Shown here in pieces: positions 38,215-51,558 of a stretch of 64,000 nucleotides of DNA. The first letter of the stretch is position 1. Each line of letters opens with the position of its first letter. The notes below the pieces were generated by a model, which worked only from the letters and a program-made list of their open reading frames with translations, was not told the DNA's origin and did no database searches. This stretch comes from Felis catus (Eukaryota), in the NCBI RefSeq assembly GCF_018350175.1, contig NC_058368.1, positions 36,086,001-36,150,000 on the forward strand, read 5' to 3'. Position numbers and translations under genes: made by a program.

Positions 38215-38455
38215 ACCATCCATCCATCCATCCTTCCTTCCTTCCTTCCTTCCTTCCTTCCTTCCTTCCTTCTTCCTGCCTTCTTCCTTCCTTCCTTCCT
38301 TCCTTCTTGGACAACTCCCACTGCTGCCATTGGCTACAACTCTGGGGTGGTTTTAAAATACATCTTTCCTTCCTTCCTTCCTTCCCTCCTTCCCTCCTTC
38401 CCTCCTTCCCTCCTTCCTTCCTTCCCTCCTTCCTTTTTTCTCTCTCTCTCTCCGC
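38215..38455. repeat. Compound (CCAT)n/(TTCC)n/(CCCT)n microsatellite in two blocks
   Basis: Directly visible tetranucleotide arrays at 38215-38306 and 38364-38450. Confidence 0.95.
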
Positions 38456-39002
38456 CCCCTGCACCCCCCACCTGGACTCTCAACTATTCTCAGTGCTTTA
38501 TGTACAGTCTACATATCAACAGTAGGTAGGCATCTCCACATGTCTCCACTGAGCTCCAGACTCCATTATCCAGCTGCTTGCTTGTTCATATCTCCAACTG
38601 TGAAACTCAAACATATCAAACTTAACGTGGTTAAAACAAACATTTTTGTTTTCCACAAAATGTATGAAACAAGTAACAAAACCATCTTCCTCTATCACTG
38701 TTAATGGCACTACTTTCATCAGGTCACAAAATCTAGAGGTCATTATTGATTCCTCCACTTCAGTCACACACCACAGCCGATCTGTCAACAGGTCCTACAG
38801 TCTGTACCTCCGGTTTATCTGCAAAACCCACCCTCTCATCGCCCCACCACGACTACAATCCTCATCCAAGCCATGCTCATCACTCCTGTGACTAGGCCAT
38901 AGCCTCCTTTCTGATCTCCCTGTCCACTCTATCCTCCCTTCAATACACTGTCCCCAAAGCAGTTCCTTTTAAAAGGTAAACTTAGAAATATGTGATTTCC
39001 AT

Positions 39003-39118
39003 GGGGTGCCTGGTGGCTCTGACAGCTCAGAACCTGGAGCCTGCTGCGGATTCTGTGTCTCCCTCTCTTCCTGTCTCTGTCTCTCTCTGTCTCTCTCTCT
39101 CTCAAAAATAATTGAACA
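39003..39118 (+). mobile_element. Internally deleted CanSINE
   Basis: ggggtgcctggtggct is joined directly to ctgacagctcag; degenerate TSD tagaaatatgtgattt/tagaaatacgtcattt. Confidence 0.85.
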
Positions 39119-40067
39119 TAAGAAATACGTCATTTGCTATGTAAATCTCGTTAACAGCCTCATACTTATTTAAAAAAATCTTATGTCTCCCCCCAAGTCA
39201 CCCTTAAGGCCTCTCATGACCTGGCCACTGTCCACCTCCCTGATGGCTCCATGGCCTCTGGGATTCCATCTCCCTCCCTCCACTCTCCTGCCACTCTCCA
39301 CTTTCCTCACCTCAGGGTCTCTGCTGCCCGAGAGGTGCTTCCTGGCCCTGAAGCAAAGCCTAAGCTTCTCTTAACTAATTCCTTGTCTTCTTAGTCTCTT
39401 AATCTTTACTACCTCAAAGACTTCCTCTGACGAGCTTGTATCTAAAAGTGCTCTATGCACTATTCTCAGTCCCTGATTTTTTCTTAACTGAACTGGTATC
39501 TTCTGTTATATATTTTCTAGGTCTTACCCCTAGATGCCTCATTCCTGTGATACCTAGCACAGCACCTGAGAATTCTGGTTGCATGAGATTAACAAATACA
39601 TCCTCTGCTGTACTCTAGTGGCATTTTATCCATACTACGCACTCAAAGAGCTGGTGGTATCACTTACTCTATGTGTTCAACGTTTCTCTCCAAATGTGAT
39701 CTCAGCAAGCTGAAGCCAGGGAGAAGCCTTTACACCTCTACGAGTTTTCCAACAGAGAGGCGTGTGAAGAAACTCAAACCACCGGACCCCCTACCCTAAA
39801 AACTGACTGGTGGCACCTCATGCATTTCATATTATTTCATGTTTTAACTTCCCTATTCTCTTTTCATTATTCAACTCCATTTAACATGCACCCTGATCTT
39901 CCGAGTCCATGTGACAGTTCCTCAACAACAATTAATTAATTAATAATATTCTGGCCTCCTCCTCAGAATGCCACACCACAGCAGAGATGCCTTATCTTCA
40001 GACTCAAGAATGCAAAGGCTCAAAACAAGTGCACAAAGAATATCATCACATGACTTGCTCTCAAATT

Positions 40068-40222
40068 ATTGTCCAAAAGAGCAGCCTCTAGTGACATGCG
40101 AATTTAAGCTTAAATTGCATTTCTTAGTCACATTAAGCATGCTTCAAGTGCTCAACAGTCATGTTTTGAATACTGAACAGCACAGACCAAGAACATTTGC
40201 TGTACAAAGTTCTACTGAACTT
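40068..40222 (-). mobile_element. MER3-like MITE fragment
   Basis: tagtcacatt..ttcaagtgctcaacagtcatg..tactgaacagcacagac..agaacattt..aaagttctactgaac. Confidence 0.55.
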
Positions 40223-40521
40223 CTGCTCAAATGAGCCTACTTTCTCTCTGTAGAGGCAGTCCAAGTGACCTCAGTGGATCTAACCCTAATGTGTTTATCT
40301 TTTATGAATGTTAACATATGAAAGATGTTTAACGTATGAAAACTTAGAAGACTACGAGTTTCTTACATTTATTGATTGTCCCATAACAAAAGACCTAGAA
40401 ATCCATGGCCAATATGGATGATAAAATTCAGTTTTATTTCACAAGTTTTTCTGAATTATAAAAATTAAAATTTCCTTCTATTGCCAATATATTTCACCTA
40501 TGTATTTAGGCCTTATGTAGA

Positions 40522-40852
40522 CAGCTGACCTTTGAACACTGTGGGTGTTAGGGGTGCCAATTCCCCCCGACACAGTGGAAAATCCAGTATAATAAACATT
40601 TGATGCCCCAAAAACTTAGTTCCTAATAGCCCACAGTTGGCCAGAAGTCTTACCAATAACATAACCAGCTAATTAACACATACGTTGTATATATGTTATA
40701 CAGTGTATTTATTCTTACTATAAAGTAAGCTTTACAAAATGGTGAGAAATTCTAAGAGAAAATATATTTGCAGGACTGTATTGTATTAATAAAAAAAAAT
40801 AGCTGTGTATAAGTGGACACATTTCAAATGTGTGTTGTTCAAAGGTCAACTG
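40522..40852 (+). mobile_element. Tigger2-type (TcMar) MITE
   Basis: Terminal inverted repeats CAGCTGACCTTTGAACAC and GTTGTTCAAAGGTCAACTG, followed by TA on the right. Confidence 0.85.
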
Positions 40853-42697
40853 TAGTTATGTACTTTTTTATGTATAGAGACAGCAAGGAATACCAAGACA
40901 AAAATCATATTTTAAGTTCTTTGCTTAACTCACCAAGCAATACTTTTAAAACGTTGGTAATGAAGCCAAAAAATTAGTCTCAGGAAGAAACTACACAGAC
41001 CCTTCATATGTAGGCTACTAAATAATAGGGGGGGGTTAGGGTCTGCAAGGCAATAATTTTTCCACTGAAGACATTCATCTTCGCCAAAGAAACCAAAGTA
41101 TTCAGTAAATAACATAACGCTGGTAACGGTTACAAATGTGAACATATAAGGCTTACATTCTCTGAGGACACAGACAAAGCAACTGAAAGGCAAAGTTTCT
41201 TGTATTTCACCTCTACGGTCAGGAGAAGCTGTACACGTTTAAGAGCAGCACTTTTCCCAAATTGTTATAACACTATCTTTTGTTGTCTTTTAAACAGTAA
41301 TCTAATCTTTCCCCATAATTAGTTTTCAGTCACAATTCTTTCTCTTATGCCTGAATATCAAACTACTCTATTTTAAAAAGGAAGATTTGAGACCCTGTGT
41401 TAATTGTGACAGACTTTACATATGAATTTTTGAAAATTAATCTTCACTATTCAAACAGCAATTTATATTTTATTTTAAATAGACTAGGAGATATATATTA
41501 TCAAGTAGATTGGGAGGATTTTACTTCTAGGGCCTTTCAGGTCAAGTATAAATTGAGCTACACAGCTGTTATTCATCGGGTACAGAAAATACGTATTTCT
41601 CAGTTAAAAGCAATTACTATATTTCCAATGCACTGTACTTTTATTGTTAACCTTGCATTCAAAGTCAAAGCTTTTCAGATACAGATAGAGTTAACTTTGA
41701 AACCAAATAATTATGACATATTTTAAAACAGCTATAAGCCAAAACCAAACTGTAGTATGAATGACAATACACAAAGGACGAAGTCTCCCGCCAGTGGGGA
41801 ACATGAAGTCTTCTCGGAGATTTCTCAGAGAAATTACTCCAGCTTTGGTAGGACTGGGAAAGCAGTGGAAAGTATTGGCATGCCCTTTAAAATATCAGGT
41901 TAGTACTCATTTATAAACATTAGTATTTTCTTTCAGGGCATTTTGCATTAATATTTCATTCTTTTAAAACACTTTGGAAAGGACTTCAAAATGACCTAAA
42001 ATTAGAGGGCATTTTCAATAAATATTTCTTTAATAAGCAATATTAAGAGTCATAAAAGTAATGGATACTGAATGTTAATTTAGACATAAATAATACAAGG
42101 TATATCCTAAGATATATGGTATCGTCTAAATACAGAAATAAAGAATATTAACATCTTACCTAGACTTGGTGACTTTTTATTGAAAACAACCTAGAAAAAA
42201 TGCTTTGTAGAGGTAAAAGTACATCTCCCTGAGAAAAGTTCTGTAAAATAAACATGAATCCAATGGGTATTTTTAGCATACCAAAGGGGATGTTCCTGTG
42301 ACTTTCACGATGTGCCATATTGCCGATTCCCTCATCCTAGCTACAGGCAGTCACACTGAAGGCTGTCGTGGACCACACCTTTTGCACTGCCTGTCAGACA
42401 CACCCCTCCTCTCCGTTTCTACCCCTTAACAGCTGGTGCAAAGCCCATTCCCTTTGCCTTATCCAAGACAGAACTCCCCGCTAAAGGCAGCCTCTCATGG
42501 ATCGCTCGTTTCTTTTTGGGATTCTCTTGATACAAACGCTCACTCATCCTTGGAGGTTTTAAAAATCTTTTAATCTTTCAGACTTCAATTCCTTTATATA
42601 TTCCCATAGTCCTGAACTTAACTTTGAGGATATAATCGTCATGCAGTATTTATGTCCAAGAAGCAAGCAGCTAACCAGAAGAACCAAGATGTTTAAG

Positions 42698-42872
42698 CAG
42701 CAATGTCTAATAGAATTTTTTTTACAGCGACATAAATGGTTTCTATGTGCGGTTCAATTTGCTAGCCACTAGCCACAAGTGCCTCTTGAGCACCTGAAAT
42801 GCTTACCCCCACCCCGGCTTCATTAGTTTAAATAACCACAAGGACCTAGTGGCTACCTTATTAAAACAGCAC
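42698..42872 (+). mobile_element. MER3 hAT-Charlie MITE
   Basis: tgtctaatagaattt..tagccactagccac..ttgagcacctgaaatg..tttaaataaccac..ctagtggctacc matches recalled MER3. Confidence 0.75.
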
Positions 42873-43095
42873 GGGGGCGCCTGGGTGGCGCAGTCGGTTA
42901 AGCGTCCGACTTCAGCCAGGTCACGATCTCGCGGTCCGGGAGTTCGAGCCCCGCGTCAGGCTCTGGGCTGATGGCTCAGAGCCTGGAGCCTGCTTCTGAT
43001 TCTGTGTCTCCCTCTCTCTCTGCCCCTCCCCCGTTCATGCTCTGTCTCTCTCTGTCCCAAAAATAAATAAACGTTGAAAAAAAAAAATAAAACAA
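42873..43095 (+). mobile_element. Very young felid CanSINE (SINEC_Fc type)
   Basis: CpG-intact ggggcgcctgggtggcgcagtcggttaagcgtccgacttcagccaggtcacgatctcgcggtc; TSD taaaacag(c/t)ac. Confidence 0.95.
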
Positions 43096-45302
43096 TAAAA
43101 CAGTACAGGAAGGAAAACAGAGCCATCTGTATCACGTGGCCTCCTGGCATCACTAGAGGAGGGGAAAAAAAAAAAGGGAAAGACAAGACAGAAGAAATAG
43201 AAGAATGTAGACCACCCAGGAAAATCTTTACCCTTCCTGCCCACTTGAGAAACTACCACTATTAATAACACCATACACCTATACATATTGTTAATTCCCA
43301 AACTTTTTTCTAAGGCTTATTTTTAAAAAGAAATTTTGTATCTCATGTCTTATTTTAAAATTCTAAAACATGTCAGGCAATAAAAATAAACTGAATCATA
43401 TTAGTGAGAACATTTACTATCCTCCTCCTCTCGGTTCTACTAAAGAAGAGGCCTTCTCCTATGTTCCCCAGAAAAGAATATTAGGGATTACTTCCAGTCA
43501 CTCCCTCCATCTCATTATTTGGAGATTTCCCCACCCCACCCCCCCCACCCCCCACTCACCACCACCCAGAAGGACTCATTTATCAAATTAGAGAAAGTGG
43601 GGAAGGGATCCTGACCCTGGCCTACAGTTGTCTATTCTTTCTACTGAGGACAGTGTGGGAAGTTTGATTCACTGGGATGAAGTACACTTGACGTTCAAAA
43701 GTCCCAGTTGTGCTCTGCAACTTGGCCTTTCCAGGAGTCCAGAGGTTATTCCTAAGCTCACTTCTCTTATCTACTTTAACATGTTCAGAACTCAAGGGCA
43801 AAAAGGGGATGTATCCGTATCTCTTCAAAACCAGTCATTTGCATGTTTCTGTGTGAAACAAGACAGCTGTTAGAGAAAATAAAATAAAGAGTAAAAGGTC
43901 TCTTTTTTAATGTAATCGAGGGATAAGTACTAAACAGAAAAAGAAGATCTTTGGGAGGCAAAGTAAAAGTGAGGTATTGAGAAAGTATTGAAGTCAATGT
44001 GGGAGCTGAGCTAGTGACCATTTATTTACCTGGACTAAACGGACAACCTTCAAATAGAGGTAAGTTTCAAGAAATCCAGAGCAGGACAGCCCTTTGTATT
44101 CTTAGAAAGTTTATGCCCAGATCCAAGTCCTGTAGCATATCATGAAAATACTTATTTTTATCTCCTAGTAGTAAGATAAATGAAACTAAAACCTGGAAGA
44201 AATGAGAATTTAACACTTACTGACCTATTCTCTGCCCAACTAAATAATGTACAGATGCTTGACCCCTTTCTTCTCCTTCCCCTTCTTCCCCTTCTGCTGT
44301 TCTGATCTAGTTTCAAAGGGGTTCATTTTGTAGGCTCAATGCCGGCCCCCCTTAGCTTCATGAACAGAGTTCTTGCCCTCCCCCTCCAGCCCAGGGGTGG
44401 AGCAACTTCTCACTGCTGCCAATCAGGTCCTCACTGCTTCTTATGTGGTTTCTCAGTCTTTCCATCAGTTATTTAACCTATTTCTGGTATTAACTTCTTT
44501 AAAAAAAAAAAAAATTACAGCGTGCTCTCTGGTGTCTGTCTTCCCGCTAGGACTCTGACAACATATATACTACATACATACATACATACATATATATGTG
44601 CATATGTATGTACAGTTTCATTCTGATTCCTTCCCATCTCCTTCCTAGGAAAGGATCTTTGCTAAGACTGACAAAAGCAACAGCGACTCCTCTAGGATCA
44701 TGATGCAGTATACTTAAACTTTAGGAAGAGGTCCATCTGGGTAAAAGTTTGACCTGTCGATGTTTCGGTTTGGGTGCTTTGAAAAGGCTGTACACCCCCT
44801 CCCACCACATGTCATTTAGATCCACTGACTAAAATTACGGGTTCTGCAGACAGGAGAGAAGGATGAAGGCCTGGGGGACTGGACGCTAAGTCGTCCTTGC
44901 TCAAGGCATACCCTATCTCTCATCATAGTCACTGTCCCTTCCCCCAACCCAGGGACAGACACAGGGTGTTGGAAACGCAGACTTTTTACCCAAGTGGGTA
45001 AATTTACTCCTGCCATGAATTTCTAGGATGTTTTTTGAGGAGTATTATCACGTTCCACAAATCTCTAATGCCAAACCATGATTTTCAAAAAGATATAAAC
45101 ATCACTTCACCCAGAAAAAGTCAACAGTGTCAAATATTTATTTACTACGTTAATGAGGGAACCAGCAAGATGGTGAGGCTGGTTCAAAAAGAACTAGAAA
45201 AATCAAAGGATTTTAAGGTGCCTTAAAGGATAGAAGAATGCTAACTGAAATGCAAGACCGATACCCTGCAGAGTAATAAAACCATAACTTCTAGAGTTCA
45301 AC

Positions 45303-45512
45303 TTTTTAATATATAATTTTATTTATTTACTTTGAGATAGAGATAGCACAAGCAGGGAAGGGGCAGAGAGACAGGGAGGGAAAGAATTCCAAGCAGGTTC
45401 TGCACTGTCAGCACAGAGCCCAACACAGGGCTCAATCCCACAAACCGTGAGATCATGACCTGAGCTGAAATCAAAAGTTGGATGCCTAACCAACTGAGCT
45501 ACCCAGGCTCTC
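45303..45512 (-). mobile_element. CanSINE
   Basis: Reverse-complement SINE with approximate TSD tctagag(t/c)tca. Confidence 0.9.
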
Positions 45513-45759
45513 CTCTAGAGCTCATCTTGGGGGGGGGGGGGGGGGGGGGCAGGGTAAGCAAAAGTAAGGTAAAGTAAAATAAGTATATGAACATATTAAC
45601 ATAGGCACTTAAAAAATATGAAGCAAAACCAAAAAACAGTTAACAGGAATTCACCACTGACCAACTGGTCTGACAAATAAATGATAGAAAGGAGGAAGCC
45701 CTCTACTTGTCTGTTTATATCCTTCTGAGAAATTGGGATTTGGGGCACAAAACTTTAAT

Positions 45760-48470
45760 ACTTATCTTTCTTGTATTAAAATAGCGATCTGCAACAATTC
45801 TACCAAAAACCGTCACTGAAACAAGATTTTAAAGTTGTATCTGTGGTAACAAGAAAGTAAAGTATCCTTAAAAGAAAAATTTAAAGAGAGAGAAAGAGGA
45901 ATTCAGAGAGGTAAGCCAGCCTTGAGCCCCACTTGCTCTGCCCTATGGGACAGATGCAAAGGAAACCAACATTTCCTTTGTGATTGTGGTACAGAGTCAA
46001 AGGGACAAGAGCCAAAGCCTAGAGGCCATTATCAAGGCTAGGACACACGGCAAAAATGAGAATCTCAAAGGGTCACACCTGCAATAAGAAGGTAAGCTAG
46101 AAATAAACCTATCCACCTGCCCAGTAAAGGACAAGGCAAATATGTTCTGGTAACATATAACCCAAGTTAGATACATGTAAGGTGCCCATGTGTTAAAACA
46201 AACATAACACCAAAAACAAAAGTCTAAAACACCTCAAGCCAGAAATTTTAGTTTAAGTTGGCCCTGGGTTATTAGTATCCATATGTGTCTAGTAGTTGAA
46301 AATCATTCAATTCATTCTAGCAAACTATATCTTCAAAATAAATCTCAAAGAAAAAGTTCAAAGGGACAGGAGGCCACTCTCATTACAGAGCGCACAAAGA
46401 AACAAGACATGAGTAAAGATGGAAAGAACTAAGCAGCCAACCAAATAACCAAGATCAGGCCTGAGAAATTTTCACTTACTAGATTACAGACCTAGAAAGT
46501 AGGGATATTTACTATGTTTAAAGAAATAAAACAGGATTAAAAATAAGCATGAAGCAACAAATTATGAAAAAGACAAGGAGTTTTAAGACAGAAACAGAGG
46601 CACCTGGGTGGCTCAGTAGGTTGAGTGTCCAACTCTTCATTTCGGCTCAGGTCATGATCTCAGGGTCTTGAGATCAAGCCCCACGTGAGGCTCTGTGCCG
46701 ACAGAGCAGAGCTCCTCTCTCTCTGCCCCTCCCTCTGCTCACACTCTCTCTTTCAAAATAAATAAACTTAAACATAAACAAATAAAACAGAACGAAGGAG
46801 AAATAACAGGGATGCAATTATAATAACGGAAATTTAAAATGCAACATATAGCTCAATAGCATATTAGACACCAGTGAAGAAACAAGAAAACAAGAAGATC
46901 TAATAAATAAATATAAATGCTTCCAGAATATAGAGGAATATAGAGGAATGTAAACTATTAAATTGATAATAAATAATGGCATATGGAGGAAGAAGGCCTG
47001 CATCCTAACATATATAAAATGAGGAAAAATTGTAAAGGGTAATAGCTGAAATTTTCACAGAATGTATTAAGGACACCAAACCATACTCAGCAAACCTCCC
47101 CAAAACCCTAGAGAATAAATAGGGAAATTTCCACCTGGACACAGAACGGAGAGAAAAGGCAGATTACCCGGAAAAAAATGAGTTTTAGATCAAGAGTCAA
47201 CCCTTTGAAAACAGCAATGCAAGGCAGAAGAGGAAATACTATCTTCAGTGCACTAACTTATCTAAAAGCCCTCCATTTCATGCCTTAGGAAAAGCATCCT
47301 TCAAAAGTAAAGGCAAATTAAGTCACTTTCTGACAAATTAAAGAGTTTTACCATTAAAAGACTTTGGCCAAGGGAGCCTAATAATATACTTGAAGCAAGA
47401 GTCAAATCATCGGAGACAAATGTGTAATACCCAAAAAGGAATGACTAAATGAATGTGCAAACATATATACATATACACATATCTGTAGTTTGACTCAATA
47501 GTAATAGCTAATTTGTGACATTAAAAAGAAAAAAAATACAATTAATATATCACACAACACTAGCATACAAATTAACAGAAGGTGATTGGTGTTCAAGTAT
47601 TTTTAGGTCTATGTTCTTAGGTTCAAAATACAGGATATTGCTTATTTTTGTCCCTTTTAGGCACATGAGTATTAAATTTCCTTTTTGAGTGTGTACATGC
47701 TAACTTTCTTTTCTAAGATCAGAAAGGGAAAATGTGTTCCAAATTAGTAAGTAAGGGAAAAAGTGAAATGAGAAATTAAAAATCTACCCAAAAGAATTTA
47801 AGGAAGAAGAGGAAGAAGGAGAGGAATAATACAGAAAAGGAACAAAGAGCAGAAGGCTGGGTGTATAAAGGAAGATGAACACAGTGCAAGCAGCATAAAC
47901 TACTTGAAAATTCAAAATGAAAAAATGAAATGTCAGGTACAGTTTCCAATACGTTTTTACAGTGGCGATGAAAACATAAAACTACCAGAAAATGACAAAG
48001 ACTATCAGATTTGTTAAAAAGAGCATTTGTATACTATCTGTAATAGATCTTCCTAAAACATAAGAAAAAATAAAAGTATGGAAAAGTATGGATTGTGATG
48101 GTGTGTGCGTAGTTGCACACATCAACGTACTTAAGTCTACCAAATACAATAGAGAGGGAAAGTCTCAGAAGAATGCACGGAAGATTATGCTGTTTACAGG
48201 AAGTGACAAAGATGAAACCAAATAATACACAAATTAAGAAGGCATATATGGTGAAACTATAATGAAAAGAAAAAACAAAGATAACCCCTAAATTCAAAAC
48301 AGCACTAACCACAGTATAGCGGGAGAACGGGACATAGAATTAAGCAGGGATGCATGGAAGCTTCCAAGTTACAAGCCTTATTTCTATCTTAGCTTCACAG
48401 GTAGGCAAGTGGGTGCTTGTTTTTCTCTTATCACAATGTCTTTACTACATGTTTAACGTTTTACGAAAAT
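45760..48470 (+). mobile_element. Highly diverged L1M/HAL1-like region (ORF1-type remnants)
   Basis: A-rich plus strand with ctcaatagcatattagacaccagtgaagaa and aatagctgaaattttcacagaat motifs; boundaries uncertain. Confidence 0.5.
46598..46785 (+). mobile_element. CanSINE
   Basis: ggcacctgggtggctcagtagg head, ttcggctcaggtcatgatctc and an A-rich tail. Confidence 0.9.
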
Positions 48471-48479
48471 ATAATTTTA

Positions 48480-48710
48480 GGGGCGCCTGGGTGGCTCAGT
48501 TGGTTAAGCATCCGACTTTGGCTCAGGTCATGATTTCACAGTCTGTGGGTTTGAGCCTCGCGTTGGGCTCTGTGCTGACAGCTCGGGACCTGAAACCTGC
48601 TTCAGGTTCTGGGTCTCCCTCTCTCTACCTCTCCCCAGCTTGTACTCTCTCTCTCACTCTCAAAAATAAACATTAACAAAAATTTTTAAGAGATAAATAA
48701 AAATACATAA
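48480..48710 (+). mobile_element. CanSINE
   Basis: ggggcgcctgggtggctcagttggttaagcatccgac head, CT tract and tail. Confidence 0.93.
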
Positions 48711-49081
48711 AAATTTAAATAACTATTAGCAACTTCAAAATTATTGGTCTTGACTTTTTTCTCCAGATCATGTTAGTATCAATGAGTATGTTGATCTCAT
48801 TGCTTGCCACAAACTTGTCTCTCACACAAGTGGTATAAGGCACAAAATATGTGTCAGTTCTAAAACGAAGCCCTTCTATCAACTTTGTGTTTAAGCGCAG
48901 AAAAACTAGATTCTAAACATGGCACTGATCAAATGGAATAAAGATCCACAAAGGCTGCTCAGTTGCATTACGGTAAACATTTTACTGCACGTTTTTCTTA
49001 AAGTGATTTTTTGGAAGTTACAGTTATTATCTTAATCAAACCTAGTTCCAAAACCCCTTAGAAATTTAATGAAAAGATGTT

Positions 49082-49116
<35 letters not shown>

Positions 49117-51132
49117 CTTGTAAACTTCAAAATGCACATGTTAACTATGAGTAAAGGAAAATAATGCCTAAGATTAACACGAGACCTGATAGATTGGATT
49201 TTCTGAGCCAGAAATCGTGCCCTTGACAGCTACATCAAATTGAGAAAATGAAGATACATTCTGTAATTCATTTGCTATCTGCATAGATGAGTATGGACGA
49301 AAATGCTTGTTATCAATCATAATAATGTTAGTGTCTACTTTTTTACGTTTCCACCTCAACGTGTTCAATAGCTGAAACATAATTGTTGCCTATGTCAAGA
49401 TCCACTAAAAGTTATAATTGACAATTTGAAGAAGCTGGTCTTTTCCTAGTGTTCCAAAACTAAAGCACTGTGTCTTTTAGCTTAAAACTGTCACCAAGAA
49501 TATTGAATAATCAATAAAACTTCAAAACAGAAGAACTTTGTGGTCTTCAAATCAACTCTTCATAAAAGGTGGCAAATAACATGATATTTAATGCACTGGT
49601 TTTCACATAATTCACTGTCTGGAGGGTAGAAGGTTGACATGGCTCATAATTGGTAGGTAGCGTTTCAGAAGCAGACAAATGATTCTGCAAGTATTGCATA
49701 TCTAGATGGGGGTGGGGTGGAGAGAAGGGAGGTTTTCTTCTTGATCCTTGACTTTTTATTTAAATAAAACTCAATCCCAAACCAACATTGGAGAACCATC
49801 ATTAATCAGTTCCCATGTTTCTTTTTTCAAATTTATTCAAAGACATTGAAGAATTTTAACTCTGATTTACTCAATAATACTACAGGGCTAACAACGATCT
49901 CAAAAGATTATTAAAAGAATTTTAATTATTTTTCTCTTGAAATTGAGTCACACACTATACATCAAAAAATATGAAAAATGGACTTTACCAGCAGACACAA
50001 AACTAATAGAAAAGTCCAAAGATTTGAACATAGGCATAAATTCAACTTTTACACATTCAAAGAAGCCATTCCACTAATTGGAGCACTGCACACAGAAATA
50101 ATCTTGAGTATCTTCTCAATTTTCTCTCTACATCAAGTGCCACAATTTCAGAAAAACTTCTCCAATGGTAAGATTTCTATCATTTATAGGGAAACATCGA
50201 TAGCTTGTGGATCCCTGGTAATACAGCAGGTAATATAGCAGTTTAAGGCAAAATCACATATAAATGTATACGCTGTAATATACATGAATTCATACATAAA
50301 AGTTTTCCTTTTGCTATCATAGTCACCTAATCAAATTATGAAGATAGCAGGAAGGGTCTGCTTCTAATCAAACTGAAAAACCACGGAAACAACCATTGCT
50401 CAGTGGTTGCCAGATAAACTGAGACATGGAGTGCATCTCTCCAGTCAACCCCAAAATATCCTTTTGCTACATTTAAACTCCATAAGTACAGGACCTGGAT
50501 CTGCTTTGCTATTTACCCAAGCCCCACAAGACAGGGCTTTATAAGTATTAGGTGCTCAGTAATTATTTTTTTAAATGAATATATTAAATAGGTACAGATT
50601 CAACTGGAAAGCAGAGTTCTTCATGTATGATCATACCTGCCAAATAAATTCTCAATTCAACTCAGTGTCTAACAATAGCCAAGGTAAAACTGAAGGAAGC
50701 TCAAATTAAACTTCATTGTTTCAATCGACAAGTCTTCACTGAGTACTTTTTATGTACTGTGTGCTATGAGTGGTAAAGAGAAGTAAGTAAGACATAGCAA
50801 GTCCTGGTCTCCTTCCCCTCATTAAGCTTACAGCCTAGAAAACAGGCTGGATGTGGGGAAATATGGAAAAAACAAAGATAAAGTTGAAATATACTTTGTT
50901 TCCTCTTCATACTCCTCAGTTAAACCTCACTCACTTCATGTCTCAACAGGTAAGGTCTTTTCGTTTTAAATAGGTGTACTGTGAAGGATTTTTTCATACT
51001 GTAGCCAAACTTCAGAAATGTCCAAAAAAGTAGTAACAGAGCAGACATCAAAGAGATTCTATTACATATTATTAACCTCTGTAGTCATTCTAGCCCTGAC
51101 AATTATTTATACACACACACACTTTTCAAAAA

Positions 51133-51335
51133 ATTTTTTTAATGTTTATTTATTTTTGAGAGAGAGAGAGACAGACTGTGCAGGCGAAGAGAGAGAGGGA
51201 GACACAGAATCTGAAGCAGTCTCCAGACTCTGAGCTGTCAGCACACAGCCTGACATGGGGCTCGAACTCACGAAGCATGAGATCATGGTCTGGGCCAAGG
51301 TCAGACACACAACTGACTGAGCCGCCCAGGTGCCC
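51133..51335 (-). mobile_element. CanSINE
   Basis: Reverse-complement SINE from ttttaatgtttatttatttttgagagag to gagccgcccaggtgcccc. Confidence 0.93.
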
Positions 51336-51558
51336 CTCAAACACACATATTTTACACACATCTAATACACAGTATTTTCTTATGCAAAAACAAGCATTCA
51401 TTTATTATACAAAGGAAGCCAAAAATGATCTACCTCAGACCCTTACAGCTCTGAAATTTTATGACTACTCAGACATTTCATAACAACTTCTGCTTGAACT
51501 TTTTCAAGAATATTCTGAGCCTAAAAGTCTAAAACTTGATTTATAGAGACATCTCTAT

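Larger units (their letters stand above)
37850..39600 (+). mobile_element. L2 LINE 3' region, interrupted by a microsatellite and a SINE
   Basis: ctccagactccattatccagctgc, ctcaaacatatcaaac, ggcactac..aaatctagaggtcattattgattcctcc and cctagcacag; boundaries approximate. Confidence 0.65.

Noticed and set aside
38048..38529. ORFs with EGRK and PSFL repeats
   Set aside because: They are translations of the (TTCC)n microsatellite.
49085..49113. Long poly(A) run as a retro-insertion tail
   Set aside because: No flanking TSD or upstream element body is recognisable.
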